A DNA stretch of 64,000 nt from Syntrophaceae bacterium UBA2251 (GCA_002347815.1 DDXV01000042.1:6720-70719), one strand, 5' to 3'; shown: positions 49,975 to 62,250, counted from the first letter of the stretch. Notes: generated by a model from the sequence alone, not told the origin. Numbers and translations: made by a program.

Positions 49975-51321
49975 ATGAGAGAAACCGCCCGCGGCGTCGC
50001 CGTCGATCTCCTCGTGCGCGTGGAGCGAACGGGGGCCTACGCGGAACCCCTCCTGAACGCCGCCCTGTCGGGCCGGCTCCTCGAAGATCCGCGGGATCGG
50101 GGGCTGGCAACCCGGCTCGTCTACGACACGCTCCGCATGCAGGGGCGCCTGGACTGGATCCTCCGCCAGATCTGCCGGGGACGTCTCGCCGACCTGGAGC
50201 CGGTCACCCGCGCGATCCTGCGCACGGCCCTCTATCAGCTGGAATTCGCCGACCGGATCCCCGCGTTCGCCGCGGTGGACGCCGCCGTGGAACTTGCCAA
50301 GGCGCGCGTCCCGGAGCGCGCCGCCCTGGTGAACGCCGTATTGCGGTCCGCCCTCCGGAAGCGGGACGCGATCCGCTGGCCCGACCCGGTCCGGGATCCG
50401 GCCGGGCACATCGCCGCGACCGCTTCCCATCCCCCGTGGCTCGTCCGGCGCTGGCTCGCCGTCTACGGCCCCGGGGAAACGGCGGCCCTCTGCCGGGCCG
50501 ACAACGAGACGCCGCCCCGCACCCTGCGCGTCAACCGGCTCCGCATCACCCCCGCGGCCGCTCGGGAGGCCCTGGCCGCAGCGGGCCTCGCCTGTGAGCC
50601 GACGCCCTTTTCCCCGGACGGCCTCGCCGTCGCCGGCGCCGCCGCCTCCCTGAGCGAAACCGCCCCATTCAGGGAAGGCGGGCTCCACATCCAGGACGAG
50701 GCCTCGCAACTGGTCGCCCCTCTCGTCGACCCGCGCCCGGGGGAAACCCTCCTCGATCTCTGCGCCGGCAGCGGCGGAAAAACTACCCACCTGGCCGCCC
50801 TGTTGGAAAATTCGGGGGAGATCCTGGCCGTGGACATCCACCCCCGGAAGCTCGCCGATCTCGAAACGCTCGCCCGGCGCCTCGGGGCGACGCCCATCCG
50901 GACATGGGCCGGCGACGCCGAGGCGGACCTCGGGGAGGCGTTCCACGCCCGCTTCGACCGCGTCCTCGTCGACGCCCCCTGTTCCGGCACCGGAACGCTG
51001 CGCCGGAACCCCGAGATCAAGTGGCGGCTTCAGCCGCGCGACCTCGGCCCCCTCGTCCGCCGCCAGCGGCGCATCCTGGACGCCGCGGCGGCCTACCCGC
51101 GCCGGGGCGGCCTCCTCGTCTACGCCACCTGCGCCCTCCTGCCCGAGGAGAACGACGGCGTGATCGTGGATTTTCTCGAGCGCCACCCGGAGTATGCCCC
51201 GGATCCGCCCCCGCCCCCCTTTCCGGCGGCGCTGCTCGACGGGGGAGGGTATTTCCGGACGCTTCCGCACCGCGACGGCATGGACGGCTTCTTCGGCGTC
51301 CGCCTCCGGCGACTTGGCTGA
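49975..51321 (+). CDS. rsmB: 16S rRNA m5C967 methyltransferase
   Basis: NusB-like N-terminus, IQDEASQLV, DLCAGSGGKT, VDAPCSGTGT..PE, YATC, DGFF. Confidence 0.95.
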   Translation: MRETARGVAVDLLVRVERTGAYAEPLLNAALSGRLLEDPRDRGLATRLVYDTLRMQGRLDWILRQICRGRLADLEPVTRAILRTALYQLEFADRIPAFAAVDAAVELAKARVPERAALVNAVLRSALRKRDAIRWPDPVRDPAGHIAATASHPPWLVRRWLAVYGPGETAALCRADNETPPRTLRVNRLRITPAAAREALAAAGLACEPTPFSPDGLAVAGAAASLSETAPFREGGLHIQDEASQLVAPLVDPRPGETLLDLCAGSGGKTTHLAALLENSGEILAVDIHPRKLADLETLARRLGATPIRTWAGDAEADLGEAFHARFDRVLVDAPCSGTGTLRRNPEIKWRLQPRDLGPLVRRQRRILDAAAAYPRRGGLLVYATCALLPEENDGVIVDFLERHPEYAPDPPPPPFPAALLDGGGYFRTLPHRDGMDGFFGVRLRRLG

Positions 51322-51390
51322 GCACGGCGCCGGCCGAATCCCGTTGACTTCCCGGCGAGAACCTGATAGGGGGCGCGTGGGAGGTGAGGC

Positions 51391-52020
51391 ATGTATCTCG
51401 AACAAGTGCAGGTCAGCGCCATGGCGGTCTTCGCCTATATCGTGGGCGACCCGGACACGGGTGAGGCGCTCGTGATCGACCCGGCAGCCAATGTGGACGG
51501 CCTGATCCGGATCGCCCGGAGCCGGAAGCTCACGATCAAGACCATCATCAACACCCACGGGCACGTGGACCACATCTCCGGCAACCTGGAGATGAAGCAG
51601 AAAACCGGCGCCGAAATCGTCATCCACGAAGCGGACGCCCCGATGCTTGTGGACACCCCGCCCATGCTGCTGAGGATGTTCGGCGCGACGAAGTCCCCCC
51701 CGGCGGACCGGACCGTCCGCGAGGGGGATGTCATCTCGGTCGGGCGGGTGGCGCTCGAGGTGCTGCACACCCCGGGGCATTCCCCCGGCGGCATGTGCCT
51801 GTACCGGGACGGACACGTCTTCACCGGCGATACCCTGTTCGTCGAGGCCGTGGGCCGGTCCGACCTTCCGGGCGGCTCCTGGCCGCTCATGCTGCGCTCC
51901 ATCCAGGAAAAGCTCCTCACGCTGCCCGACGAGACCCTCGTTCTGCCGGGCCACAATTACGGAAGCATGCCGACCTCCACGATCGGCCATGAGAAGAAAT
52001 ACAACCCCTTCCTCAACTGA
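51391..52020 (+). CDS. MBL-fold metallo-hydrolase (glyoxalase II-like)
   Basis: [27 protein letters not shown]. Confidence 0.92.
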   Translation: MYLEQVQVSAMAVFAYIVGDPDTGEALVIDPAANVDGLIRIARSRKLTIKTIINTHGHVDHISGNLEMKQKTGAEIVIHEADAPMLVDTPPMLLRMFGATKSPPADRTVREGDVISVGRVALEVLHTPGHSPGGMCLYRDGHVFTGDTLFVEAVGRSDLPGGSWPLMLRSIQEKLLTLPDETLVLPGHNYGSMPTSTIGHEKKYNPFLN

Positions 52021-52061
52021 CCGGGAGGGGCAACCGGAGCATCAGGAGCGACGAGGACCCC

Positions 52062-52955
52062 ATGAACGAACCGACCGGATTGAACAGAACGGACCTGATC
52101 GGATTGACGCTCGTCGGCAGGGGCAAGGTGCGGGACATCTACGACCTCGATCCCTGCCTGCTCATCGTCACGACGGACCGGATTTCGGCCTTCGACGTGA
52201 TCATGGACGAACCGATCCCGGGGAAGGGGGAGATCCTCGCCCGGATGTCCGCCTTCTGGTTCGGAACGATGGCGGACCTGATCGGGAATCACCTGATTTC
52301 CACGGATCCCGAAGCGTACCCCGAGCCCTGCCGTCCCTACCGGGACATCCTGAGGGGGCGGAGCATGCTGGTCCGCAAGGCGCGGCCCCTGCCCGTGGAA
52401 TGCATCGTCCGGGGCTATCTGAGCGGCTCCGGCTGGAAGGACTACTGCCGGGACCGGACCGTTTCGGGCATCGCGCTGCCCGCGGGCCTCAAGGAGTCCG
52501 CACGGCTCCCGGAGGCGCTGTTCACCCCCTCGACCAAGGCCCCCGAAGGGGATCACGACGCCGCGATCACGCGCCGGGACATGGAGGCCCTGATCGGACG
52601 AGACCTCGCCGAACAGGTCGTCCGGACGAGTCTGGCCGTCTATCGGCGGGCGGGCGGGATCGCCGAGCAGGCCGGCATCATCATTGCCGACACGAAGATG
52701 GAATTCGGCATCTGCGACGGGGACCTGATCCTGATCGACGAGCTGCTCACCCCGGACTCCTCGCGCTTCTGGCCCCGGTCCGACTACGCCGAAGGGCGGG
52801 CGCAGAAGAGCTTCGACAAGCAGTTCCTCCGCGATTATCTCCTGTCCATCCCCTGGAACCAGACGGCGCCGCCCCCGCCGCTCCCCCGGGACATCATCGA
52901 GAAAACGAAGGAAAAATACGAAGAGGCCCTGCGCAGGCTCGTCCCGGACCGTTGA
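52062..52955 (+). CDS. purC: SAICAR synthase
   Basis: [54 protein letters not shown]. Confidence 0.97.
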   Translation: MNEPTGLNRTDLIGLTLVGRGKVRDIYDLDPCLLIVTTDRISAFDVIMDEPIPGKGEILARMSAFWFGTMADLIGNHLISTDPEAYPEPCRPYRDILRGRSMLVRKARPLPVECIVRGYLSGSGWKDYCRDRTVSGIALPAGLKESARLPEALFTPSTKAPEGDHDAAITRRDMEALIGRDLAEQVVRTSLAVYRRAGGIAEQAGIIIADTKMEFGICDGDLILIDELLTPDSSRFWPRSDYAEGRAQKSFDKQFLRDYLLSIPWNQTAPPPPLPRDIIEKTKEKYEEALRRLVPDR

Positions 52956-52966
52956 CGGCCCCGGGG

Positions 52967-52995
52967 TTGACATTGCCTCCGACGGTGACTATGTT
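52967..52995 (+). promoter_or_regulatory. sigma70-type promoter of the hypothetical-dnaJ unit
   Basis: TTGACA-N17-TATGTT. Confidence 0.55.
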
Positions 52996-53043
52996 AGCCG
53001 CATTTGAGCGCCGGGGGATGGCGTGCGTCATGTTAAGGATACC

Positions 53044-53433
53044 GTGAAACGACCAGACATTCCGGATTACCGAAAAAAACAGGCCCTGCTCTACATTCAA
53101 AAAAACGCCTCCGCCGACCTGACCGTCTACGGGAACCGTTTTCTCGCCGCCGGCCGAATGGCCGACGCCCTCGAATTTTTCGAGGCCGCCGCCGATCGGG
53201 AGGGGCTGGAGAAACTCAGGACCTGGGCCGAGAGCGAGGGGGATCTCATGATATACCTGAACTGCGGCAAGGCCCTCCGTGAGGAGCCGACGCCCGACGG
53301 CTGGGCCCGGATCGGCCGCACGGCCCTGGCGAAGGGCAAGCTCCGGTTCGCGCGGGAAGCCGCCGACCGTAGCGGTGATCCGTCGCTTCTGGAGGACATC
53401 GAACACCGCCTCCGCGAACAGGCCGGGGGTTAA
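53044..53433 (+). CDS. Hypothetical alpha-helical protein
   Basis: GTG after AAGGA; ends 3 nt before dnaJ; helical-repeat-like composition. Confidence 0.7.
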   Translation: MKRPDIPDYRKKQALLYIQKNASADLTVYGNRFLAAGRMADALEFFEAAADREGLEKLRTWAESEGDLMIYLNCGKALREEPTPDGWARIGRTALAKGKLRFAREAADRSGDPSLLEDIEHRLREQAGG

Positions 53434-53436
53434 GCC

Positions 53437-54498
53437 ATGAAACGCTGCTATTACGAGGCCCTCGAGATCGAGCGCGGCGCCTCGGACGAAGAGATCAAAA
53501 AAAGTTATCGCCGCCTGGCCATGCAATACCACCCGGACCGGAACCCCGGGGACCACGAGGCAGAGGATCGGTTCAAGGAAGCGGCCGAGGCCTACGAGGT
53601 GCTCAGCGACCCCCAGAAGCGGTCCATCTACGACCAGTACGGTCACGAGGGCCTGTCCGGCGCCGGCTACCAAGGGTTTTCCGGCTTCGAGGACATCTTC
53701 AGCAGCTTCGGCAGCATCTTCGAAGACGTTTTCGGATTTGGCGGCGGACGGACGCGCGGACGGACGGCCCCCCGGGCCGGCGCCGACCTCCGCTACGATC
53801 TCAAGATCTCCTTCCTGGAGGCCGCCTCCGGGACGACCCGGGACATCGACGTCGAGAAGTACGAACGGTGCGAGGGCTGCCGAGGGAGCGGCGCGGCGCC
53901 CGGCACCTCGCCGGAGGTCTGCCGCTACTGCCAGGGGCGCGGTCAGGTCACCCAGTCCAGCGGCCTTTTCAGCGTCCGCAGCACCTGCCCGCAATGCCGG
54001 GGCCAGGGAAGCGTCATCACGCAGCCCTGTGCGCAGTGCCGGGGAACGGGTCGAACCCGGATCGCCAAGACGGTGCAGCTGAAAATCCCGGCCGGCGTCG
54101 AAACGGGCTCCCGCCTGCGTCTGCGCGGCGAGGGGGAAAGCGGCGACCCGGGCGGCCCCGCGGGCGACCTGTACGTGTTCATCTACGTCGACCCCCACGA
54201 ATTCTTCGAGAGAAACGACGACGACCTCTACTGCCGGGTCCCCATCTCCTTCGTTCAGGCCGCGCTGGGGGGGACCGTGGAGGTGCCGACGCTCAACGGG
54301 AACGAAAAGCTGAAGATTCCCCGGGGAACCCAGAGCGGCAAGACGTTCCGTCTCAAGGGAAAGGGAATCCCCCACCTCCGCGGCTTCGGCCGCGGCGACC
54401 AGATCATCGAAACCGTCGTCGCCATTCCGACGAACCTCACCCGCAAGCAGGAAGAGCTGCTCCGGGAGTTCGCGCGCCTCGGGGGCGCCCCGGGATAA
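53437..54498 (+). CDS. dnaJ: Chaperone DnaJ (class A)
   Basis: HPD motif, G/F-rich region, four CxxCxGxG repeats, C-terminal IPAGV..GSRLRL.GEG. Confidence 0.97.
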   Translation: MKRCYYEALEIERGASDEEIKKSYRRLAMQYHPDRNPGDHEAEDRFKEAAEAYEVLSDPQKRSIYDQYGHEGLSGAGYQGFSGFEDIFSSFGSIFEDVFGFGGGRTRGRTAPRAGADLRYDLKISFLEAASGTTRDIDVEKYERCEGCRGSGAAPGTSPEVCRYCQGRGQVTQSSGLFSVRSTCPQCRGQGSVITQPCAQCRGTGRTRIAKTVQLKIPAGVETGSRLRLRGEGESGDPGGPAGDLYVFIYVDPHEFFERNDDDLYCRVPISFVQAALGGTVEVPTLNGNEKLKIPRGTQSGKTFRLKGKGIPHLRGFGRGDQIIETVVAIPTNLTRKQEELLREFARLGGAPG

Positions 54499-54599
54499 GG
54501 CCTGACGAAGGGGTGGACAATTCGGGCGGGATCGATTATAGAATGGACCCGTGGCCGGGAGGCCATCCCTCAACCTCAAGGAAAGGAGTGCCCCTGTCG

Positions 54600-54998
54600 A
54601 TGAAAAGAAAATCGCTGCTATCCTTCCTCATGATGTCATTGATGCTTCTGGGCGGCTGCGCCGCCATGGCCGTCGGGGTGACAGCCGTGGGGGTCGGGTC
54701 GGGAACCTACCTGTACATCAACGGGGATCTGAACACGGATTACTACGCCTCGTTCGACAGGGTCTGGGCGGCCTGCGAAAAAACCGTTGCCGACATGCGG
54801 GGCATGGAGGTCAAGCCGGACAAGGACATCGGCAAGGGGACGATCACCGCCGTCATCAACGACGAGAAGGTCCAGTTCTCCGTCAAATACAAGGCCAAGG
54901 ACCTCGTCACCGTGGGGGTCCGCGTCGGGCTTCTCGGCGACAAGCTCTCGTCCCAGCTGATTCACGACAAGATCGCCGACAACATCGCCAAAAACTGA
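54600..54998 (+). CDS. Lipoprotein, DUF3568-like
   Basis: True start MKRKSLL at 54600 (ORF track over-extends); lipobox LLGGC; VRVGLLGD..S..IH.KI. Confidence 0.75.
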   Translation: MKRKSLLSFLMMSLMLLGGCAAMAVGVTAVGVGSGTYLYINGDLNTDYYASFDRVWAACEKTVADMRGMEVKPDKDIGKGTITAVINDEKVQFSVKYKAKDLVTVGVRVGLLGDKLSSQLIHDKIADNIAKN

Positions 54999-55120
54999 TC
55001 CCCTCAACAGACGGGGGCTATCCGGCGAACCCCGGCGGCACACGGCCGAGGCGCGCGGGCCCGCATCCGTGCTCCCCCGTCGCGCCGGACGGGGCGGGCG
55101 CCTCGAAACAGGGCGGGTGC

Positions 55121-56089
55121 ATGAAAAAAAACATCGCGGCCGGAATCCTCGTGAGCCTCGCCCTCGTCTATCTGTCCGTTCGGGGCATCCCCTGGGCCGG
55201 CGTCCGCGAGGGGGTGGCGGCCATGCATTGGGGGTTCGCCCTTCCGGCCCTCGCCGCCATGGTCCTCATGCAGGTTTTCCGCTCGATTCGCTGGGGGGTC
55301 ATTCTGGGCCCCATGGAGAAGATCCGTCAACGGACCCTGTTTCCGATCACCAGCGTGGGATTCCTGGCCATCGTCTCCCTGCCGGCCCGGCTGGGCGAAC
55401 TGGCCCGCCCGTACCTGATCGCCCGGCGAAGCGGCATCCGGATGAGCGCCGCGCTGGGGACCATCTTCGTCGAGCGGGTCTTCGACGGCCTGACGGTCCT
55501 GTCGCTCTTCGCCCTGACGCCGCTCTTGACGCCCCTGCCCCCCTGGCTGCTCCGGTCGGGAGCGATCTTTTTTGCCCTGACGGCCGGATTGCTGGCCGCG
55601 ATGACCCTCCTGCTCCTGAAGCGCGAACGGGCCCTGGGGCTGCTCCGGCCGCTCCTGGCGAAGCTCCCGGCGCCCTACGGCGCCGAACTCGCGGGGCTCG
55701 TCGACCGGTTCGTCGACGGCTTTCAGATGATCGCCAACGGGAAGCGGTTCCTGGCCGTCGCGGCTCTGTCCCTGGTCATCTGGGTCCTCGACGTCTTCGC
55801 CATCTACATCCTCTTCCCCGCCTTCGGACTGGCGCTGCCCGTCGGCGCCGCCCTCGTCGTCATGATCATCCTCGTGGCCGGCATCGCCCTGCCCGCGGCG
55901 CCGGGCTTTGTCGGCAACTGGCACTTCGCCTGCATTCTCGCCCTCGGCCTGTTCGGTGTCGCCAAAGCGGACGCGCTGACCTTCGCCATCCTCTACCACG
56001 TCCTGTCGCTCGGGGTCGTAATCGCCCTGGGCCTTCCCTTCCTTCCCTTCCAGCGGTTCTCCCTGGCCGACGTTCGTCGCCAGACCTGA
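55121..56089 (+). CDS. Lysylphosphatidylglycerol synthase TM-region (UPF0104, flippase-like) membrane protein
   Basis: FRSIRWG, LPARLGELARP, GTIFVERVFDG, PAAPGFVGNWH; many TM segments. Confidence 0.88.
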   Translation: MKKNIAAGILVSLALVYLSVRGIPWAGVREGVAAMHWGFALPALAAMVLMQVFRSIRWGVILGPMEKIRQRTLFPITSVGFLAIVSLPARLGELARPYLIARRSGIRMSAALGTIFVERVFDGLTVLSLFALTPLLTPLPPWLLRSGAIFFALTAGLLAAMTLLLLKRERALGLLRPLLAKLPAPYGAELAGLVDRFVDGFQMIANGKRFLAVAALSLVIWVLDVFAIYILFPAFGLALPVGAALVVMIILVAGIALPAAPGFVGNWHFACILALGLFGVAKADALTFAILYHVLSLGVVIALGLPFLPFQRFSLADVRRQT

Positions 56090-56144
56090 CGTCGCACCGC
56101 ACCCGCACGCCGCCCGGAAATCGGCTCCCGCGGGCGCAGACGCC

Positions 56145-57509
<1,365 letters not shown>

Positions 57510-57559
57510 GCTTCCTTCCCGAACCGTTTATGCCCCTGCCGGACGGGGGCCCCTTCCTC

Positions 57560-59761
57560 TCAGACGGCCACCCCCTCCGGCACGGGAATTTCAAAGGCCA
57601 CCACGGTCCCCCGCGGCACGTTGTCGCGGACGCTGACCTTTCCATGATGATCGGCGATGATCGAGTTCACGATGGCCAGCCCCAAACCGGAGCCGGCCCC
57701 CTTGGTGGAAAAATAGGGCTCGAAGATTTTCAGCTTGTAGCTGGGCGGAACGCCCGTTCCGTTGTCCGCCACCTCCACCTTCGCCTTCTGGGCAGCCGGA
57801 TCGTAGAACGTGCGGATGGCGATGCATCCGTCATGTTCCCGGAGGGCGGCCACGGCGTTGTCCAGGAGGTTGACCATGACCCGTTTGATCTGTTCCGGGT
57901 CGATGTTCACAATCGGGAGCGCGCCCTCCGTCTCGAACGTGAACCGGATTTCCTTGTGGGCATCCTGGAAGAGGACGACCGAATCCGCGATGACCTCGTT
58001 CAGGTTGTGCGGCGCCGGATTGGTGACGGGAATCCGGGCGTAGCGGGAGAATTCGTTCACCAGGTTCTTCAGGACCTCGACCTGGTCGATGATCGTCTTG
58101 GTGCATTCAAAAAACACCTCCCGGTCCCCGCCCAGCTTGTCTCCGTATTTCTTCTGCAACCGCTGCGCGGAGAGCTGGACCGGGGTCAGGGGATTCTTGA
58201 TCTCGTGGGCCATCCGCCGCGCCACCTCCCGCCAGGCGGCGGCGCGTTCCGCCTTCTGAAGCTGGGTCAGGTCTTCAAAGACGACAACCATGCCCAGGTC
58301 GCGACCGTCGTCGTCGTGAATGACGTTGGTCGTCATCAGGAGGGTCAGGGCCCGGTCCCCGATCGTGAGATCGACCTGCTTCTCCAGAAAGCCATCCCGG
58401 TTGCTCCGCATCTCCTGCAGGTAGGCGTTCACCATCTCCAGATGCTCCCCCGCCAGCACCTCCTCGTAAGGGCGATGGAGGATCGTCTCGGCGCGGATGC
58501 CCAGCATTTTTTCCACCGCCCGGTTGATCGTCGTGATCACCCCGCCGGCGTCGATGGAAATGACGCCGGCCGAAACATGCCGCAAGACGGCCTCCATATA
58601 ACGGCGGCGCTGTTCGAGGTCCATATTGCTCTTCCGGAGATCCCGCGTCATCTGGTTGAAGGAATCGACCAGAACGCCGATCTCGTCATCGGCCTCGATC
58701 TCGATCTGGTGCTCCAGATCTCCCTGGGCGATCCGGTTCGTGGCCTCGGCCAGATCCTGGATGGGGACGGTGATGCCCTTCGCGAGAAACATCCCGAACC
58801 AGGTGGCGGAAAAGATGATGAGCAGGGTCACGATGAAGAGCGTCACGATGTAGCTGAACTTGATGGGATTCTTCAGGAGCGTCAGTTGCCGGTACTGCTC
58901 CGACGATCGGGAGATCGCCTTGATCTTCTCGACGATCGTCCCGGGGATGAAGCGACTCACCACCACGATGCCGATCACCTCGTGGGGACCGAGGGCCGCG
59001 AAGACCGGGACGACGCCGCTGATCATGTCGCCGCCGGCCGCGGCCTGCTCGCGCGACACCTCGCGGCCGGCAAACACCTCCTCCCGCAGTTTCGGCGAGA
59101 GGAGAATCGGCTCCTGACCGGGATGTTCGGGATCCTGGAACACGACATTCTCCCGTTCATTCTCGAAGTAGACCTCCACCATGCCCAACCGGCTGGAGCG
59201 CTGTCGCTGTTCGACCAGCTGGCGGAGGTAGGTCATCCGGTCCCGCTCGTGCAGGCGGTGCGTGGTGATGTCGGCGCTGATCTGGCGGGCGAAATACTTG
59301 GCGTTGTCCGCGGCCTGCTGGTAATAGACCTGCGCCACCTCCTCGGTCTTGTTCAGCGTGTCGCCGAAACGGATGCTGAACCAGGTGTCGATGCTGTAGG
59401 ACAGAAAATTGATCGCCACCAGGAAAAGGATGATGGTGGGAATGAGGGACAGCCCCACAAAGGCCGCCACCAGCTTCGTGCGCAGCCGGGAACCGATGAC
59501 GCCGCTGCGCCGCTCGAACACGAGCTTGACGACGTTGCGCACGATCAGAAAGATCAGCAGGATGATCAGGATGATGTTGATGTTGATCAGTCCGAAGATC
59601 AGGATGTTGTTGGAGGCGGGCAGCACCCCCTGCTGATGGGACAGTTGGCTTTCCAGATAGGTCAGTCCGGCGATCACCGCCATGGTGATGACGATGATGA
59701 TGCGCTCGCGGCGGCGGCGGCCGGCTTCCGAAATGTCGAGCGGGGGGCGGGCCTTTTTCAT
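57560..59761 (-). CDS. ntrY: NtrY-like HAMP-PAS sensor histidine kinase
   Basis: GSRLRTKLV..F, 4 TM, HAMP, PAS, AWREVARRMAHEIKNPLTPVQLSAQRL, PYFSTK..GSGLGL. Confidence 0.88.
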   Translation of the reverse strand: MKKARPPLDISEAGRRRRERIIIVITMAVIAGLTYLESQLSHQQGVLPASNNILIFGLININIILIILLIFLIVRNVVKLVFERRSGVIGSRLRTKLVAAFVGLSLIPTIILFLVAINFLSYSIDTWFSIRFGDTLNKTEEVAQVYYQQAADNAKYFARQISADITTHRLHERDRMTYLRQLVEQRQRSSRLGMVEVYFENERENVVFQDPEHPGQEPILLSPKLREEVFAGREVSREQAAAGGDMISGVVPVFAALGPHEVIGIVVVSRFIPGTIVEKIKAISRSSEQYRQLTLLKNPIKFSYIVTLFIVTLLIIFSATWFGMFLAKGITVPIQDLAEATNRIAQGDLEHQIEIEADDEIGVLVDSFNQMTRDLRKSNMDLEQRRRYMEAVLRHVSAGVISIDAGGVITTINRAVEKMLGIRAETILHRPYEEVLAGEHLEMVNAYLQEMRSNRDGFLEKQVDLTIGDRALTLLMTTNVIHDDDGRDLGMVVVFEDLTQLQKAERAAAWREVARRMAHEIKNPLTPVQLSAQRLQKKYGDKLGGDREVFFECTKTIIDQVEVLKNLVNEFSRYARIPVTNPAPHNLNEVIADSVVLFQDAHKEIRFTFETEGALPIVNIDPEQIKRVMVNLLDNAVAALREHDGCIAIRTFYDPAAQKAKVEVADNGTGVPPSYKLKIFEPYFSTKGAGSGLGLAIVNSIIADHHGKVSVRDNVPRGTVVAFEIPVPEGVAV

Positions 59762-60327
59762 GGGGTCATGGGGAACCGGTACCGATACCAGTCGGTCTCA
59801 AAGTCCCAGAGGGATGCGAAGAACAGGATGTACTCCAGGCGCATGGGCAACCTGACCTCCTCCAGCTTTGCCTTCAGTTTGAGGTAATATGTCCGGTCCC
59901 GGTCCAGCCTCGAGACGGGAAACAGGGCGACGCCGTTCAGCTCCGCCATGGCCAGCTTGGCCGCCCCCAGATCCTGAAAACCGACGGGCTCGCCGCCGTC
60001 GCCGACGGACACGAAAAACAGCTTTCTCACCCGGTCGTACTTCAGGGTGTGGCGGACCTCCACAAAGGCCAGCCTCCGGTCCGGCCACCAGGACCGGACC
60101 TGGTAAAGGTTCAGGAAAAAGGTGAACGTGGTCGGGATGCCGGCATAGATCGCCTGCTCCATCTTCGGGGTGAAACAGTTGGTCACCTTGGCATAGACCA
60201 TCACCTGTTGGTTGTCGGTGAACCCCCGGATGTCCGTGAGGCGCGCCTCCTGCGCCAGGACGCCCGACAGGCCCACCGATAACAGCAGGATGACGCCGCA
60301 TAAGGGAAGCAGACACTTGCGAACCAC
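59758..60327 (-). CDS. DUF4390-like periplasmic protein
   Basis: GTG start after AAGGAG, signal peptide, typical position before ntrY; RSWWPDR, WDFETDWY. Confidence 0.75.
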   Translation of the reverse strand: MVRKCLLPLCGVILLLSVGLSGVLAQEARLTDIRGFTDNQQVMVYAKVTNCFTPKMEQAIYAGIPTTFTFFLNLYQVRSWWPDRRLAFVEVRHTLKYDRVRKLFFVSVGDGGEPVGFQDLGAAKLAMAELNGVALFPVSRLDRDRTYYLKLKAKLEEVRLPMRLEYILFFASLWDFETDWYRYRFPMTP

Positions 60328-60399
60328 GAGCGGACTCCTTTCCCCGGGCCGGCCCCGTTTCCCCCGTGAGGCCGACCTGCCGCCGGAGAGGCATAACGC

Positions 60400-60427
60400 C
60401 TTATAATGCTTTGTTTTTCTTTTGCAA
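60400..60427 (-). promoter_or_regulatory. sigma70-type promoter of DUF4390-ntrY-ntrX
   Basis: Minus strand TTGCAA-N16-TATAAG in an AT-rich intergenic region. Confidence 0.4.
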
Positions 60428-60531
60428 AACACCGAGGGTTATACTAAGAAACTGCCGGAGAAAAAGCAAGCGGTATTTACGGATCAGGGGGTGGGCGGAC
60501 GGAGGACGGGAACGGGGGACGTCCGGACGCT

Positions 60532-61470
60532 TCAGGCGCGGACGGCGGCGGCGTCGAGGATCCTGAAGGCCGGCGCCTTCAGCCCCATCCGCTCCGTGGC
60601 GGTGTCTTTCCGCCCCAGGGCGCTGACGATCCGCCAGCAATCCCGGCGGCTCATCAATTCCCTGAGGAGCAGGTTGTTGAGCCGGTGCCCGGATTTTCTG
60701 GCGATAAAATGACCGATGACGGGCATGCCGAGCAGGGAGAGGTCGCCGATGGCGTCCAGGATCTTGTGCTTGACGAACTCGTCGGGGCAGCGGAGGCCCT
60801 CCTTGTTGAGGATGCGGGTTTCGTCCATGACCACCGCGTTCTTGAGAGACCCGCCCAGCGCGAGCCCGCTCGCCTGGAGGTATTCCACATCCTTGAGGAA
60901 ACCGAACGTCCTTGCGGCGCAGATCTCCTTTTCGTACAGCTCGTCGGAAAAGGTCAGTGAGAATGTCTGGTGCCCGATCACCGGATGGGCGAAGTCGATC
61001 TCGCAGGTGATCCGGAATTCCGGGGAAGGCAGGAACGTGGCGCTGCCGTAGCCGTCCTCGACCGAGACGGGCTTCTCCACGACGAGAATCTTCTTGCAGC
61101 GGCCCTGGGCCCGCGTTCCGACGCTCTTCAGGAGGTCCACGAAGGGCAGGGCGCTCCCGTCCATGATGGGGAGTTCCGGCGCGTCCACCTCCACCACGGC
61201 ATTGTCCACCCCCATGCCGAACAGCGCGGACATCAGGTGTTCGGTGGTCGAGATGCGCGTGCCGTTCAAGCCGATGGTCGTGGCCAGGGTCGTGTCGGAA
61301 ACGCTGTCGTAACGGGCCCTGATTTCAGGACAGCCCGCGACATCGTTGCGAACGAAGGTAATGCCCGCGTCGGCGTCGGCCGGCTTGATGGTCATGCCGA
61401 CCTTCCGGCCCGAATGGAGGCCGATATTCCGGCAGTGGATCTCGCGTTGAATCGTGCGCTGTAAAAACAT
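60532..61470 (-). CDS. lpxC: UDP-3-O-acyl-GlcNAc deacetylase
   Basis: QRTI, GLHSG, STTEHLMSAL, ELPIMDGSA, AARTFGF, HKILDAIGDL. Start could be 61479. Confidence 0.97.
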   Translation of the reverse strand: MFLQRTIQREIHCRNIGLHSGRKVGMTIKPADADAGITFVRNDVAGCPEIRARYDSVSDTTLATTIGLNGTRISTTEHLMSALFGMGVDNAVVEVDAPELPIMDGSALPFVDLLKSVGTRAQGRCKKILVVEKPVSVEDGYGSATFLPSPEFRITCEIDFAHPVIGHQTFSLTFSDELYEKEICAARTFGFLKDVEYLQASGLALGGSLKNAVVMDETRILNKEGLRCPDEFVKHKILDAIGDLSLLGMPVIGHFIARKSGHRLNNLLLRELMSRRDCWRIVSALGRKDTATERMGLKAPAFRILDAAAVRA

Positions 61471-61510
61471 CTTCGACATCACATCCCGAGGTACTTTTGG
61501 TGGGGAAATA

Positions 61511-61526
61511 AGCAACTTGCGTACCA
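61511..61526 (-). promoter_or_regulatory. sigma54 (-24/-12) promoter of lpxC
   Basis: Minus strand TGGTACGCAAGTTGCT, one mismatch to TGGCAC-N5-TTGCW, 30-40 nt upstream of lpxC. Confidence 0.75.
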
Positions 61527-61676
61527 CGCATCCCTGTTTCGGCATTTTATCCGGCACAGAATCTAACCCGATGGAAATAATCCCGATTGGGAGCCCGGTC
61601 GCGGAAGCGGAAAAGCCCCGCCCGCGGGGCGGTGTGGCGGGAAAGACACAATCCCGGCGGACGCTGTTCCCTTCCG

Positions 61677-62249
61677 TCACGCCGGCGCCCCGGTGGAAGC
61701 GGCGTTTCCCGGCGTGACGGAACGGCGCCCGTAGCGTTCCTTTTCGCTGTAAAGACAGCCGCAGTAGGGCTGGCGGTACATCCCGATTTCTCTGGAAACG
61801 CGGACCCCTTCCTGCCAGCCTTCACGAAAATCGTGATAGACAAACGGAATCCCGTTCTCCTGCCCCACGCGGTCGCCCAATTCCCGGATCAGGTCGTGCT
61901 TCTGGAATTTGCTGTACAGAAGCGTCGTCGTGAACCCCCCGCATCCCTGGACTTTCGCCATGCGCGCCGCCTCCGCCAACCGGAGGGTATAGCAGTGCCG
62001 GCAGCGGTCGTCTTCCCGGCCGGCGACCGCCCGGAAGAACGCCTCCATGGCGTACCCCTCCGCCCACAGCATCGGGAGGGCCTGCGTCTCCGCGTAGGCG
62101 GCCAGCGTCTCGGCGCGTCGGCGATATTCCAGAGAGGGGTGGATGTTGGGGTTGAAGAAATAACCGATCGGTTCGCGCCCCTTCTCCCTCAGGATCCGGA
62201 GGGGATAGATCGTGCAGGGGCCGCAGCACGTGTGGAGCAATACCTTCAT
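61677..62249 (-). CDS. queH: Epoxyqueuosine reductase QueH (DUF208)
   Basis: LLHTCCGPC, FFNPNIHP..EY, CRHCY..RL, YRQPYCGCLYS. Confidence 0.92.
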   Translation of the reverse strand: MKVLLHTCCGPCTIYPLRILREKGREPIGYFFNPNIHPSLEYRRRAETLAAYAETQALPMLWAEGYAMEAFFRAVAGREDDRCRHCYTLRLAEAARMAKVQGCGGFTTTLLYSKFQKHDLIRELGDRVGQENGIPFVYHDFREGWQEGVRVSREIGMYRQPYCGCLYSEKERYGRRSVTPGNAASTGAPA

Positions 62250-62250
62250 C

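Noticed and set aside
61535-61558. Imperfect palindrome TGTTTCGG-N8-CCGGCACA as the lpxC activator site
   Set aside because: It is only about 10-30 nt upstream of the -24 box, closer than typical enhancer sites, and has two mismatches.
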